Of a DNA stretch of 64,000 bases, positions 1 to 9,591 are shown in pieces. Every line of letters starts with the position of its first letter. Position 1 is the first letter of the stretch. This DNA is from a virus: the IMG/VR virus record IMGVR_UViG_3300028388_005362, positions 1 to 64,000 of that record; one strand, written 5' to 3'. A program made the translations under genes and the position numbers. Under the pieces are notes generated by a model. That model saw only the letters and a list, made by a program, of their open reading frames with translations. It made no database searches and was not told the origin of the DNA.

Positions 1-2
1 GC

Positions 3-200
3 TCTTCTTTGGAAGAGACCACAGCGATCGTCGAGGCCCAAAGCGAATACACGGCATACGCTATGGAACACTCTGGTTTCGAGCCCATCATGTGGCCCTA
101 CCTGGGCAAATTCATGGTTTCTCCACTGCGCCTTCAAAAGATAAACGAAGCCAAAACCGATGGGATTATTCCGAGAAGAAAATCACAAGATACTCCTTGA
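3..200 (+). CDS. 5'-truncated HU/IHF-like small protein
   Basis: Frame is open from the window edge. IVEAQSEYTAYAMEHSGFEPIMWPYLGKFMV resembles the 'I.LP..GKF.V' arm of crAss HU-like proteins. Confidence 0.45.
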   Translation, partial: SSLEETTAIVEAQSEYTAYAMEHSGFEPIMWPYLGKFMVSPLRLQKINEAKTDGIIPRRKSQDTP

Positions 201-780
201 CCCGGAGGTAAAACTCATTCCAGAGTTCAAGGCAATCCAGGCGCGGGACAAGGACCGGGCCAAGCGGAATGCTTTCAAGGAGTTCGTATTCATCTATTTC
301 TACACCGATTTCAAGAGCCCTTATACTATATATGATAAGGACAAGAGATTCAAGCTCTCCCTGAAGGACGCAGGTCTTCCAGAGGACACCAAGCTGGAAG
401 GGCCTTTGAAGAAAGCAGTGGAGAAATACCGGGAGCTGCAAAAAACTCCCGCTATCCGTACTTTGGATACTTTACGCAATGCTCTTTTCACCTCCCTCAA
501 TGCAGTGGAGGCTCTCAATATGTACCTCAACGAAAGGGTTGCCCAGGTAACCCAGAGTCGTGACCCGATGGATGAGGACGAAGATGAGGATATGCTGGAT
601 GCAGACCCCACACCTGATGTGGCGGAGATGGTCAAAGCGGTCACTGAGCTGGTTAAGCTCTCCAAAGAGATTCCCAACGTAATTACCACTTTGGGTACTG
701 TCGAAGAACAAGTTAAGAAAGAACAATCCGAGTCTCGCCGAGTCAAAGGTGGGGGCGGAGTAAACCAATTCGAAGAATGA
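160..780 (+). CDS. Conserved crAss-like protein upstream of terminase (possible small terminase subunit)
   Basis: 206-aa helical ORF with RDKDRAKRNAFKEFVFIYFYTDFKSPY and C-terminal RVKGGGGVNQFEE. Lies upstream of TerL. Confidence 0.5.
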   Translation: MGLFREENHKILLDPEVKLIPEFKAIQARDKDRAKRNAFKEFVFIYFYTDFKSPYTIYDKDKRFKLSLKDAGLPEDTKLEGPLKKAVEKYRELQKTPAIRTLDTLRNALFTSLNAVEALNMYLNERVAQVTQSRDPMDEDEDEDMLDADPTPDVAEMVKAVTELVKLSKEIPNVITTLGTVEEQVKKEQSESRRVKGGGGVNQFEE

Positions 781-1157
781 TTATAGCAGTCGATTTTGAT
801 TTGACCTTGTCTCTTGGGGAATACCCCAACGTAGGCCCCCTGGCTCCGGGAGCAAAGGACGCCCTTGAGCAAATGAAAGCTGATGGGCACGAAGTCATCA
901 TCTGGACCTCCCGAAACGGGGTTCATGTACAGTCAGCCCGTAAGTTCTTAGAGGATAACGGGGTTCCTTTTGATTGTATCAATGAGAATTTGCCCAGGAT
1001 ACTGGAAGAGTACCATGGCAAGGATAACCGAAAGGTATACGCGGATGTGTATATCGATGATAAGAATATTCCCCCCATGCCAGTCAACAAATACGGTGAA
1101 CCGGACTGGTCAAAACTGATGGGACATTTACAAAACCACGAAATGTATTACGAATGA
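777..1157 (+). CDS. HAD-superfamily phosphatase
   Basis: Motif I IAVDFDLT, motif II IIWTSR, motifs III/IV KVYADVYIDDKN. Confidence 0.85.
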   Translation: MIIAVDFDLTLSLGEYPNVGPLAPGAKDALEQMKADGHEVIIWTSRNGVHVQSARKFLEDNGVPFDCINENLPRILEEYHGKDNRKVYADVYIDDKNIPPMPVNKYGEPDWSKLMGHLQNHEMYYE

Positions 1158-1564
1158 AAGACATAGAAAGAGCGTATTATCAAGGACTGGACGTAGCAGC
1201 AGCCAATGACCTGCACAAAATCCTACAAAACTTCAATCTGTACGTCACTCCTAAGGATGAGGTGGGATTTCCCACAGATCCTGTACGGGGGCACATCTTC
1301 GACCGACTGATTCAGATTGATGACAAAGACAATATCAAACGCTGGAAATACGAGATGGTTCTGCTGATTTATGCAGGTAGTACCATGCTTCTGAGCCAGA
1401 CCTCCGGTGTTGTTCAGTACACCAAGAATCGTCCGGATGACTCCTTCATCGAGCAGATGGCAAGGAAACTCTATGACAAAGCCGCCAATGAGCTGTTCAA
1501 CGCAGGCTTGGTCAAGTTAGTAGAGGCGAATCGCCAGGTTTCCAGATACCTACAATACCGCTAA
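1154..1564 (+). CDS. Hypothetical protein
   Basis: 136-aa ORF with ATGA overlap to the upstream gene. Confidence 0.65.
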   Translation: MKDIERAYYQGLDVAAANDLHKILQNFNLYVTPKDEVGFPTDPVRGHIFDRLIQIDDKDNIKRWKYEMVLLIYAGSTMLLSQTSGVVQYTKNRPDDSFIEQMARKLYDKAANELFNAGLVKLVEANRQVSRYLQYR

Positions 1565-1567
1565 ACG

Positions 1568-1816
1568 ATGGCTGAAAGAGAGATTTTACAACGAAGCGAG
1601 TTCATCACCCGGCTAATCTCCATCGCGGAGGTTGCCGAGGCTGATGGGCATCGCACAGAGGTGCAGATCAACAAACGGGCATCTTTAGAGGTGATGTTCG
1701 AGGAACTTAGCGATGAGCAGTGGGCTCTGGTTCGAAAAAATGTTTCTATCAATACCACAGAGGAAGGCGCAGACTTCATCATGTGGGCAGACGAAAAGAA
1801 GGGGTATACCCCATGA
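1568..1816 (+). CDS. Hypothetical protein
   Basis: 82-aa ORF, tightly packed in the operon. Confidence 0.6.
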   Translation: MAEREILQRSEFITRLISIAEVAEADGHRTEVQINKRASLEVMFEELSDEQWALVRKNVSINTTEEGADFIMWADEKKGYTP

Positions 1817-2115
1817 GAGCCTACAAACTGGTACGTCAAATGAAGGACGGTTCCCTGTCCTCTCTGTTCATCAATAAGAAGGCAAGACTGCCTATTGGTC
1901 AATGGATGCAGGCAGAGGACCACAAGACTAAAGGGTACAAGCACCGTCCGGGCTGGCATTGTACTCCGTTTACAGAAGCTCCACACCTGAGCGAGAGAGG
2001 AAGGGTATGGGTAGAGGTGGAGATAGAGGATGTTGAGATTGAGAACCGCCCTGTAAGCCAGGGAGGTAAATGGTATTTAGCACAAAGAATGAAAATCAAT
2101 AAAATACTCTCATGA
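1813..2115 (+). CDS. Hypothetical phage protein (AYKL...RPGWH family)
   Basis: ATGA-coupled start at 1813. MRAYKLVRQMKDGSLSSLFINK...RPGWHC...GGKWYLA. Confidence 0.7.
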   Translation: MRAYKLVRQMKDGSLSSLFINKKARLPIGQWMQAEDHKTKGYKHRPGWHCTPFTEAPHLSERGRVWVEVEIEDVEIENRPVSQGGKWYLAQRMKINKILS

Positions 2116-2372
2116 GCAAAGTTGCAAATATTCTCGAAGGCTGGGCCAAGTACGCCCAGGACAAAATGGGGAAACTCGATCCCGCTACAAAGAAATTAGC
2201 AGAAAGCCGAATGGCTATCTGTGATGAGTGCCCGATACGGGTAGGGGACATTTGTGCTCCCTGGAAATCTGTTGAACACACAGACGGGGACAGAGAGGTT
2301 CTCGGCTGTGGATGTATGTTAGCAGCTAAGACCCTGGTGGATGGGGAGACTTGCCCAGCAGGAAAATGGTAA
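2112..2372 (+). CDS. Small Cys-rich protein
   Basis: RMAICDECP...C...CGCMLAAKT...CPAGKW, a pattern common in phage small metal-binding proteins. Confidence 0.7.
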   Translation: MSKVANILEGWAKYAQDKMGKLDPATKKLAESRMAICDECPIRVGDICAPWKSVEHTDGDREVLGCGCMLAAKTLVDGETCPAGKW

Positions 2373-2605
2373 GCTATCACGAAAAACTACAAACAGCCCA
2401 CCAGCTCAAGGAACAATTATTCAACAGCGTTGAAGAGGTTGAGCGAGACTTACAGTATTTAGCAAGCGCAGGCTTTCAGACACAGAAGAAGACAGAACAA
2501 TTAGACACCATAGTACTCAAACTCTCTGCCGCATTAACTGTGCTGGACGATGAGTCGACCATTTGTGAACACACTGGAGTTCAGGAAGGAAGCCCTGAAC
2601 TTTAA
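2366..2605 (+). CDS. Hypothetical coiled-coil protein
   Basis: Fills the gap before TerL; ATG at 2366 overlaps the previous gene. Confidence 0.5.
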   Translation: MVSYHEKLQTAHQLKEQLFNSVEEVERDLQYLASAGFQTQKKTEQLDTIVLKLSAALTVLDDESTICEHTGVQEGSPEL

Positions 2606-4184
2606 AAAATACGGATACTATATAGATGCCCCTCCAGGCACGCGTGACTACATGGACTACTGGACCGAGCAGTTGCGCAGATGTCGGGAGGGCTATTCTG
2701 TTGGTGGGGTTAAGATAACCGGACACCATTACGGATACATGAACTTTGCCCAGATCCTGCTGACCGATGATGAGGACCAGAAGGACATCAACGGCAGGAA
2801 AAAGAAGCGGGGCAAGAAGAAGACCCGGGATTTCCCACACTTCTGGGACGGGGATTACGAGTATTTCCATGTAGTGGAGATCGCCCGTCACGGTATGGAG
2901 AGGAAAGCCTACGAAGCCCTTGGGCTGGAAACCCAGGTACTTGACCTGGATGGGGGCTTGAATGTGATGGTGGGTAAGGCCCGACGAAAGGGGTTCTCCT
3001 ATAAGAACGGGTGGATTGCAGCCAATAACTACAACACCCTTCGCCACATGACCACATTGATCGGGGCCTACGAGAAGAAGTATCTCTACCCCGACGGTAC
3101 CATGTCGATGGCAACCAACTACCTAAACTTCCTCAATGAGAACACCGCCTGGGTAAAACGACGCCAGGCAGTAGACAAACAGGACCACAAGAGGGCTTCC
3201 TTTCTGGAGATGCAGAACGGTATCCCCATTGAGAAGGGCTACAAATCCCAAATCATTGCGGTTACCTTTAAAGATAACCCGGATGCAGCCAGGGGAAAGG
3301 ATGCTTCACTTATCCTTCTGGATGAGTGTGGTGCCTTTGACAACCTCAAGGACGCATACGCGGCTACCCTGCCGACCATCAAAGATGGTGGATACATCAC
3401 CGGACAGATCCTCATGTACGGAACCGGGGGTGACATGGAAGGGGGTACCATTGACTTTGAGAGTATGTTCTATAATCCCGAGCCATACGAGCTGATGCCT
3501 TTCGATAATATATTCGATGAGGGAGCTTACGGCACATCCTGTGGATTCTTCTTCCCGGATTACTGGAACAAGACCGGGTTCATGGATGAGATGGGTAACT
3601 CCAAGATCGCTGAGGCAAAAGAGCACGAGGAGGCAAAAAGAGCCTATAAAAAGAAAACAGCAAAAGACCCCTCACAGGTCGACAAGTATATCACCGAGCA
3701 TCCCTTCAATCCCAAGGAAGCCTTCATGCAGGTTTCATCCAATATGTTCCCTGTTGCCGCCCTCAACGAGTGGCGTAATCACCTGGTATCCTCCGGGCTG
3801 TTCACTCAGATGGGTGTTCCGGGAACCCTGGCAGAAACCCAGGATGGGGTGGTCTTCCGTCCGGATACCAACCTCAAACCCATCAACAAGTTTCCCCACG
3901 ACAAGGCGGACGATCTGACCGGGTGTGTGGTGCAATACCAGTCCCCATACCGTGAAGACGGAAAGGTTCCCCCGGGCATGTACATTGTGGTGCATGACCC
4001 CTATGCTACTGATGGTACGGGAGGTATATCCCTGGGAGCTGCCTATGTCATCAAGAGGGTCAACCCTTTTAGTAAGCCAGATGACATGATTGTGGCTTCG
4101 TATGTGGGTCGCCCTGCTTCGCAGGACGAGTATAACAGAAATTTATTCCTGTTGGCTGAGCTATATGTGCTAATGCCGGTGTAG
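2550..4184 (+). CDS. terL: Terminase large subunit, N-terminal part (interrupted)
   Basis: Walker A-like GKARRKGFSYK, Walker B LILLDECG, MYGTGG, nuclease motif VHDPY and IVASYVGRP. Homology breaks off after FLLAELY (~4166). Confidence 0.93.
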   Translation: MSRPFVNTLEFRKEALNFKKYGYYIDAPPGTRDYMDYWTEQLRRCREGYSVGGVKITGHHYGYMNFAQILLTDDEDQKDINGRKKKRGKKKTRDFPHFWDGDYEYFHVVEIARHGMERKAYEALGLETQVLDLDGGLNVMVGKARRKGFSYKNGWIAANNYNTLRHMTTLIGAYEKKYLYPDGTMSMATNYLNFLNENTAWVKRRQAVDKQDHKRASFLEMQNGIPIEKGYKSQIIAVTFKDNPDAARGKDASLILLDECGAFDNLKDAYAATLPTIKDGGYITGQILMYGTGGDMEGGTIDFESMFYNPEPYELMPFDNIFDEGAYGTSCGFFFPDYWNKTGFMDEMGNSKIAEAKEHEEAKRAYKKKTAKDPSQVDKYITEHPFNPKEAFMQVSSNMFPVAALNEWRNHLVSSGLFTQMGVPGTLAETQDGVVFRPDTNLKPINKFPHDKADDLTGCVVQYQSPYREDGKVPPGMYIVVHDPYATDGTGGISLGAAYVIKRVNPFSKPDDMIVASYVGRPASQDEYNRNLFLLAELYVLMPV

Positions 4185-4510
4185 CCATCCGGAAGCTGGG
4201 TAGAAAGTACGGTACGTCCATGGGTAGCAAACAGAGAAAGGGACAGGCCCAGATATACCTCAGGGATTGGCTGTTGACCCCACGTTCGCAGACAGAGGAC
4301 GGAAGCAAGATACTCAACCTGCATCACATCTACGACCTTGCTCTTTTGGAGGAGTTAATCAAGTATAATGATAAAGGAAACTTTGACCGGGTTTCAGCTC
4401 TGCTGGTGGGCATGTTCTACCTGGTACACATGTTCAACCGGGATGTCAAAAGTACCCAAGCCGTAGAAGAAGATGCCGAGGATTTCTGGGACAGAGAATG
4501 GTTCTCCTAA
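4169..4510 (+). CDS. terL: Terminase large subunit, C-terminal fragment in a different frame
   Basis: ANAGVAIRKLGRKYGTSMGSKQRKGQAQIYLRDWL...LLEELIKYNDKGNFDRVSAL is the typical crAss TerL C-terminus, including the NFDR motif. Confidence 0.85.
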   Translation, partial: ANAGVAIRKLGRKYGTSMGSKQRKGQAQIYLRDWLLTPRSQTEDGSKILNLHHIYDLALLEELIKYNDKGNFDRVSALLVGMFYLVHMFNRDVKSTQAVEEDAEDFWDREWFS

Positions 4511-4542
4511 AAAAGACCCTATAATAACACCTCATTTAAAGG

Positions 4543-4606
4543 ATAATTTTATTCTGTATAAACGTCATATAAGCCGTATTTTTGTATTGAAGCATAACAT
4601 AATTAT
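4543..4606 (+). promoter_or_regulatory. Bacteroidota-type promoter of the portal operon with two Lrp-type boxes
   Basis: TATTTTTG (TAnnTTTG) at 4577-4584. ATAAT-TTT-ATTCT at 4543-4555 and ATAAC-ATA-ATTAT at 4594-4606. Confidence 0.55.
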
Positions 4607-4611
4607 GCACA

Positions 4612-6909
4612 ATGAATATATCGGGATTTCCAGTACAACGTAAGGCAAAAGCGGATAAAACCACCCAATGGTGCAAAGATACTATCAACGCACTCATTAA
4701 CAACTCCGAGTTCGGAGGGAGGGAGAACCGTGACCTTGACAAACTGTACCGATACTATTCCGGAAACATCTCTGACGCAGACTACTCCTACGTTACCGAC
4801 CCTTACAAATTCCAAACCAAACGAAATTACCCAGCCAAGCTGCGTAACTACAACATCATCAAACCTGTTGTGGATCTGCTGCTGGGTGAGAAAGCCAAAC
4901 GTCCCCGCAACATTTCCATTATCTCAGTGAATCCCGACGCTGTGGGTATCATGAAGCAGGAGAAACAGGCTTTCGTTAAGACGCGTTTGCAGGACCACTT
5001 TGTCCACAGCATGCAGACCTCAGGTCTGGACGCCGGACTTCAGGTGAATCCGGTGGATAACCTGCAGGATGAAGCCAAGCAGTTCGAGCTTTCCTATACG
5101 GACAAACGTGCGGTCAAAGGGCAAAACATCTACTCTTATCTCAACTGGCAGCATCAGCTCAGCGACCTCTACCAGGAAGCGTTCAAGGACTGGCTGGTAG
5201 CAGGTAAGACCATTACCTACAAGGAACCCTTGCACGGAGATGTGGATTATACCGAGGTGGAGCCCAGTGAGTTTGACCATGACCGCAACCCATCGCTTCG
5301 CTTTATCGAGGACGGGGCCTGGGCGGTCAGACGTGTGAAGATGAGTGTGGCTCAGATCATCGATCGCTGGCATGATTTGCTGACAGAAGACCAGATTGAT
5401 ATGCTGGAGCATCCTTCTTCCTATGATGGGGAGGTAGGCTTCCGCTTTGATGTCAATAACAATGAACTTGAAATCTCCACCACCGATAATGACCAGTTCC
5501 ATTACGTATACCATACCGTATGGAAGACTCTCACCAAGATAGGCATACTTACCTATATGGATGAGATGGGACAGGTCCAGCAGATGGAAGTCTCTGAAGA
5601 CTACCAGCTCAGCGAAGAGGATGGGGACATCGATATTGAGTACATCTGGGTAAACGAGGTGTGGCATGGCTTCCGTATCGGAAGGGACATCTTCCTCAAA
5701 CTCAGGGATGATAAACCGGCTGAAGCATTCCCTATCCAGAGGGGCTCACTGAATAACCCTTCAGACTGCAAGCTCCCATACAATGGTCGGGCACAGCTGG
5801 TCTCTCCTGTGGAGTTGGGTATTCCTTACCAGGAACTCTACAACATCTTCCACTATCGTTTGGAGCTTTCCATTGCCAAGAACAAAGATAAGATTGCCCT
5901 TTTCGACATCAACCAGATTCCCAAGAAAAAGGGATGGGACGAGGAGCGGTTCATGTTCATGGCTGAAGCCGCCGGATTCGCTTTTATAGATCCTACGGCT
6001 GAGAACGCTCAGGGAGAAAAGACCGGCTTCAACAACTACCAGGTACTGGATATGTCCCTGGGACAATACATTCAGGCCCAGTTCCAACTGCTGAATTCAG
6101 TTCAGGACGAGTTTGAAAGCGCCTTAGGTATTTCACGCCAAAGAAAAGGAAATATCATGGCCTCTGATGGAAGAGGCACCACGGAAAGAGCTGTTTTCCA
6201 ATCCTCTGTCATGAGCGAAGAAATGTTCCGTCAGTTCGAGGAATTCGAACGTATGGAAGCTCAGGGATTGGTAGATACCGGAAAGATAGCTTACAAAGAC
6301 GGCAAGAAAGCCACCTACCTGGATGAGGAAGGTAATGTGAGTTATCTGGAGGTTGACCCCGAAGACGTTCGCAACATGGAATTAGGTGTGGCAGCGTCCA
6401 ACTCAGCTATGGATTACGAGAACATTCAGACCATGAAGCAGCTCTCACTGGAATTCGTCCAGGGAGGTATGCAGGCTTCTTCTATTGCTGAACTTCTGGA
6501 GAGCAAGTCCATGGCGAAGATCAAACAAAAACTGCTTGAAGCCGAACAGGCTCAGCGTGCTTGGGAAGAGAAGATGAAGCAAATGGACCAGCAGACGGCC
6601 CAGATGCAGCTCGACGCCCAGAAGGAAGACCGCGAAGACAAGCAGGGACACGAAGCAGGTGAAAATGCACTTGACCGTGAGAAGGACATACTAATCAAGC
6701 AGATGGATATATCTGCTAAGGACGGCTCAGACGATGGGGCAGATGAAAAACTTTCCCTGGACCGCCAGAAGTTTGAGGCCGACAGGTCGATGAAAGAGCG
6801 CGAGCAATCGCATAAGGAAAGGGTAGACAACAAAAAACTGGAGCAGGAGGATAAAAAGATCTCTATTGCCCGGCAAAAGAATGCACAATCTAACAGTAAA
6901 CAGTCATGA
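4612..6909 (+). CDS. Portal protein
   Basis: 765 aa following TerL. YPAKLRNYNIIKPVVDLLLGE, CKLPYNG and GISRQRKG are crAss portal motifs. Confidence 0.92.
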   Translation: MNISGFPVQRKAKADKTTQWCKDTINALINNSEFGGRENRDLDKLYRYYSGNISDADYSYVTDPYKFQTKRNYPAKLRNYNIIKPVVDLLLGEKAKRPRNISIISVNPDAVGIMKQEKQAFVKTRLQDHFVHSMQTSGLDAGLQVNPVDNLQDEAKQFELSYTDKRAVKGQNIYSYLNWQHQLSDLYQEAFKDWLVAGKTITYKEPLHGDVDYTEVEPSEFDHDRNPSLRFIEDGAWAVRRVKMSVAQIIDRWHDLLTEDQIDMLEHPSSYDGEVGFRFDVNNNELEISTTDNDQFHYVYHTVWKTLTKIGILTYMDEMGQVQQMEVSEDYQLSEEDGDIDIEYIWVNEVWHGFRIGRDIFLKLRDDKPAEAFPIQRGSLNNPSDCKLPYNGRAQLVSPVELGIPYQELYNIFHYRLELSIAKNKDKIALFDINQIPKKKGWDEERFMFMAEAAGFAFIDPTAENAQGEKTGFNNYQVLDMSLGQYIQAQFQLLNSVQDEFESALGISRQRKGNIMASDGRGTTERAVFQSSVMSEEMFRQFEEFERMEAQGLVDTGKIAYKDGKKATYLDEEGNVSYLEVDPEDVRNMELGVAASNSAMDYENIQTMKQLSLEFVQGGMQASSIAELLESKSMAKIKQKLLEAEQAQRAWEEKMKQMDQQTAQMQLDAQKEDREDKQGHEAGENALDREKDILIKQMDISAKDGSDDGADEKLSLDRQKFEADRSMKEREQSHKERVDNKKLEQEDKKISIARQKNAQSNSKQS

Positions 6910-7961
6910 AAATAGATTTGAGTAATGTATCCGCAATGGATATTCTGGACCAAACCGAAGAGACCGTAGAGGAAACCACTGAGGAGACTACTGAAGAAAC
7001 CACAGAGGAGACCACTGAAGAGACCACCGAAGAAACGACAGAAGAGACTACTGAGGAGACTACCGAGGAAACCGAGGAGGAAACAACCGAGGAGACTACC
7101 GAGGAAACGACCGAAGAAGAACCGTCGATCTTTGACACAATGAATACCCAGTTGGGCTTTGAAGTCGAGGGTGAGTTCGAAGACACACCTGAGGGTCTGG
7201 CAGCCTACACGGCACAGGCCGCTCAAACGCTTGCTCAAAGACAACTGGATGCACAATTGGAACAACACCCGGCAGCCGGTGAATTTCTGCGCTATCTGCA
7301 GAACGGTGGTGAGCCGGACAGATACTTCCAGGCTTCTTATCCCGATGTATCATACTCGGAGATAGAGGTAGGGGAGAACGATACTGGAACACAGCGCGAT
7401 CTGGTTCGCACCCTCTTGAAAGCTCAAGGGTACGGGGACCAGCAAATCAACGAAACCCTGACGGATTATGCCGAAGGTGGTTTGTTGTTCAAGCAGGCTA
7501 AGATAGCCAAGGATGTTCTTGCTGATGCTCAGTCGAAGCAGAAAGACAATTTGATAAAAGAACAGCAAAGGGTTGCCGACGAACAAAAGAAGCAAAACAT
7601 GGAAACCTGGAAACAGATTGGCTCGATTGTTCAGGCCGGTCAGGTATCTGGAATTTCCATCCCCGTAGCTGAGAAGAAAGGATTCCTGGAGTGGATGGCA
7701 AAGCCCATCGATGATAAGGGAACCACCAAGCGGGATCAGACCCGTCAGGAATTGAGTTTGGAAAACGAGTTGATGCTCGAATACCTCATATACAAAGGCT
7801 TAAAGGTAAAAGACCTGGTTGTAGCCGCAGGAAAAACAGACAAAGCACAGTCGCTTTCAGGAAGATACAAGAAAAAAGGAACCGGAGCTCGAATGAAGTC
7901 GAATTCAAACGAGAGAACATCCGGTGGTGTTGTGATTCCCTCCCTGGACAATTTCGTTTAA
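6906..7961 (+). CDS. Acidic putative scaffolding protein
   Basis: Lies between portal and MCP; very acidic N-terminus with EETT repeats and a basic C-terminus. Confidence 0.7.
   Translation: MKIDLSNVSAMDILDQTEETVEETTEETTEETTEETTEETTEETTEETTEETTEETEEETTEETTEETTEEEPSIFDTMNTQLGFEVEGEFEDTPEGLAAYTAQAAQTLAQRQLDAQLEQHPAAGEFLRYLQNGGEPDRYFQASYPDVSYSEIEVGENDTGTQRDLVRTLLKAQGYGDQQINETLTDYAEGGLLFKQAKIAKDVLADAQSKQKDNLIKEQQRVADEQKKQNMETWKQIGSIVQAGQVSGISIPVAEKKGFLEWMAKPIDDKGTTKRDQTRQELSLENELMLEYLIYKGLKVKDLVVAAGKTDKAQSLSGRYKKKGTGARMKSNSNERTSGGVVIPSLDNFV
6954..7121 (+). repeat. Degenerate 12-nt coding tandem repeat encoding (EETT)n
   Basis: About 13 TEET/EETT units with synonymous codon variation. Confidence 0.9.
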
Positions 7962-8094
7962 AGGGAGTCAGACAAGCAGATTTTAGCATCCCATCCATTA
8001 GGCTGATTCGGGATACAGTGAATAGCAGGCACGCCATAGTGCTCAGGTAAACCTTAGGTAGTAATCTTTTTAACTAACTAAATACAACTGTATC
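7962..8094 (+). promoter_or_regulatory. Structured 5' leader of the major capsid gene
   Basis: GATACAGT 8012-8019 is complementary to ACTGTATC 8087-8094, which abuts the ATG; several further small stems are present. Confidence 0.35.
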
Positions 8095-9525
8095 ATGGCA
8101 GCTGATAACATTTCAAAACTTCGTCTTTACGAAGATGTCTGGAACGCAGAAGGCATGACCGACGAGAATGCGTTGGCGAATGCGATGCTGACCCAGCCTG
8201 ATGTACTCAGTCCTGTGCTTACCCACCTGCAAGGCCGTGAAGACAAGCGTTTTCCGCTGTCTTTCCTGACTGAAGGTTTAGGGAACATTAAGTACATCAA
8301 TGACACCGAGCACGACTATCCAGTAATGGGTAGGATCAACAAGGCCGTAGTAGCTACCAAATTGGTAGGTACCGGAATCGGTCACACTTATTTCAAAATC
8401 ACTTTCGCTGAGAAGTGGTTTGTACGCCAGTATTTGATTGAAGGTCCTAAAGGTACCGTGCAAGCGCGTATCATGAAAGACCCTGAGCAAACTGCTGATG
8501 GTTGGGAATATACTCTGCAACTTACTTCTCCTGATTCAACTGCGGCTGTTACTGCAGCTCAGGTGGTAGGTAAGAAGTTCGTTCAGCTTTATGCTCCTGT
8601 ATCCATGAGTGGATCTCGTGGTAACGAAAGCAACTGGGTTGCTCCTTCTAAGATGAGGAATCAGATCTCAATGATTCGTAAGTCTTACGGATACGAAGGT
8701 AACATGCCTAACAAGGTGGTTAACGTTGAATTCAATGTCAACGGTAAGAAGACCAAATTGTGGTATGACTTCGAGGAGTACCAGCACATGCTTCGCTGGA
8801 GAGAAGAAGTAGAGAGCAATCTCTGGTATTCTGAGTACAACCGTGACGCCAATGGTGTTATTCACCTGAAGGACGAGAACGGTAAGCCTATCCCATTGGG
8901 TTCTGGTGTTCTGGAGCAGATTCCTAATCTGGACTCTTACACCAAGCTGACCGCCAAGAAGCTCAAGAACGTCGTTCGTGACGCTGTATTCGGTGCTTCT
9001 GACGCCCAGGTGATGAATATCATTCTGTACACAGGTACAGGTGGTATGGAAGAATTTGATGAAGCAATGAAGTCAGAGGTTGCCTCTGGTGCTTACATCA
9101 AGAATACTGACCCTGCCAGCTTCATCACTGGTTCAGGTCGTAACCTGGTACTGGGCGGTTTCTTCACCACTTACCAGCACATTGATGGTCACACCATCAC
9201 TGTTCGTCACCTTCCTCTGCTTGACCACGGTCCCCGTGCCTTGGCAAGTGATCCTCACCCTGTTACAGGGCTTCCAATGGAATCGTATCGCATGATCTTC
9301 CTGGATCAATCAACTTATGATGGCGAAGCCAACATCAAGATGGTTACCCAGAAGGGCCGCGAGCTTGTTCGTTGGGCTGTAGCCGGTGGTACTGTACCTC
9401 CAGGATTCGCTGGAAACGCACTGCGTGCCAACGATATTGACGGAGCGTCCGTACACTTCATGAAAGCTGGTGGTATCGCCATCCGCAGAGCAACCAATTG
9501 CTTACACCTTGAGTGTGTAGCATAG
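8095..9525 (+). CDS. Major capsid protein (crAss-like HK97 fold)
   Basis: 476 aa with MTDENALANAMLTQPD, MRNQISMIRKSY, GSGVLEQI and YTGTGGMEEFD; followed by a strong terminator. Confidence 0.92.
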   Translation: MAADNISKLRLYEDVWNAEGMTDENALANAMLTQPDVLSPVLTHLQGREDKRFPLSFLTEGLGNIKYINDTEHDYPVMGRINKAVVATKLVGTGIGHTYFKITFAEKWFVRQYLIEGPKGTVQARIMKDPEQTADGWEYTLQLTSPDSTAAVTAAQVVGKKFVQLYAPVSMSGSRGNESNWVAPSKMRNQISMIRKSYGYEGNMPNKVVNVEFNVNGKKTKLWYDFEEYQHMLRWREEVESNLWYSEYNRDANGVIHLKDENGKPIPLGSGVLEQIPNLDSYTKLTAKKLKNVVRDAVFGASDAQVMNIILYTGTGGMEEFDEAMKSEVASGAYIKNTDPASFITGSGRNLVLGGFFTTYQHIDGHTITVRHLPLLDHGPRALASDPHPVTGLPMESYRMIFLDQSTYDGEANIKMVTQKGRELVRWAVAGGTVPPGFAGNALRANDIDGASVHFMKAGGIAIRRATNCLHLECVA

Positions 9526-9532
9526 TCATAAC

Positions 9533-9571
9533 GGAGAACCCCTCATTTTCAGGGGGGTTCTCTCTTTTTTT
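9533..9571 (+). terminator. Rho-independent terminator after MCP
   Basis: GGAGAACCCCTC-loop-GGGGGGTTCTCT followed by a T run. Confidence 0.85.
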
Positions 9572-9591
9572 CAACAGTAACATAGATTATC

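Noticed and set aside
4160-4220. Group I intron or intein in terL
   Set aside because: There is no inserted sequence; conserved residues are missing instead.
4182-4280. TAG readthrough or stop-codon reassignment, known in some crAss phages, as the explanation for the TerL break
   Set aside because: The in-frame sequence after TAG is not TerL-like and soon hits TGA. All other large genes are intact in code 11, and MCP ends in TAG before a terminator.
6954-7121. CRISPR array
   Set aside because: It is an in-frame 12-nt coding repeat with no spacers. No array or cas gene was seen in the window.
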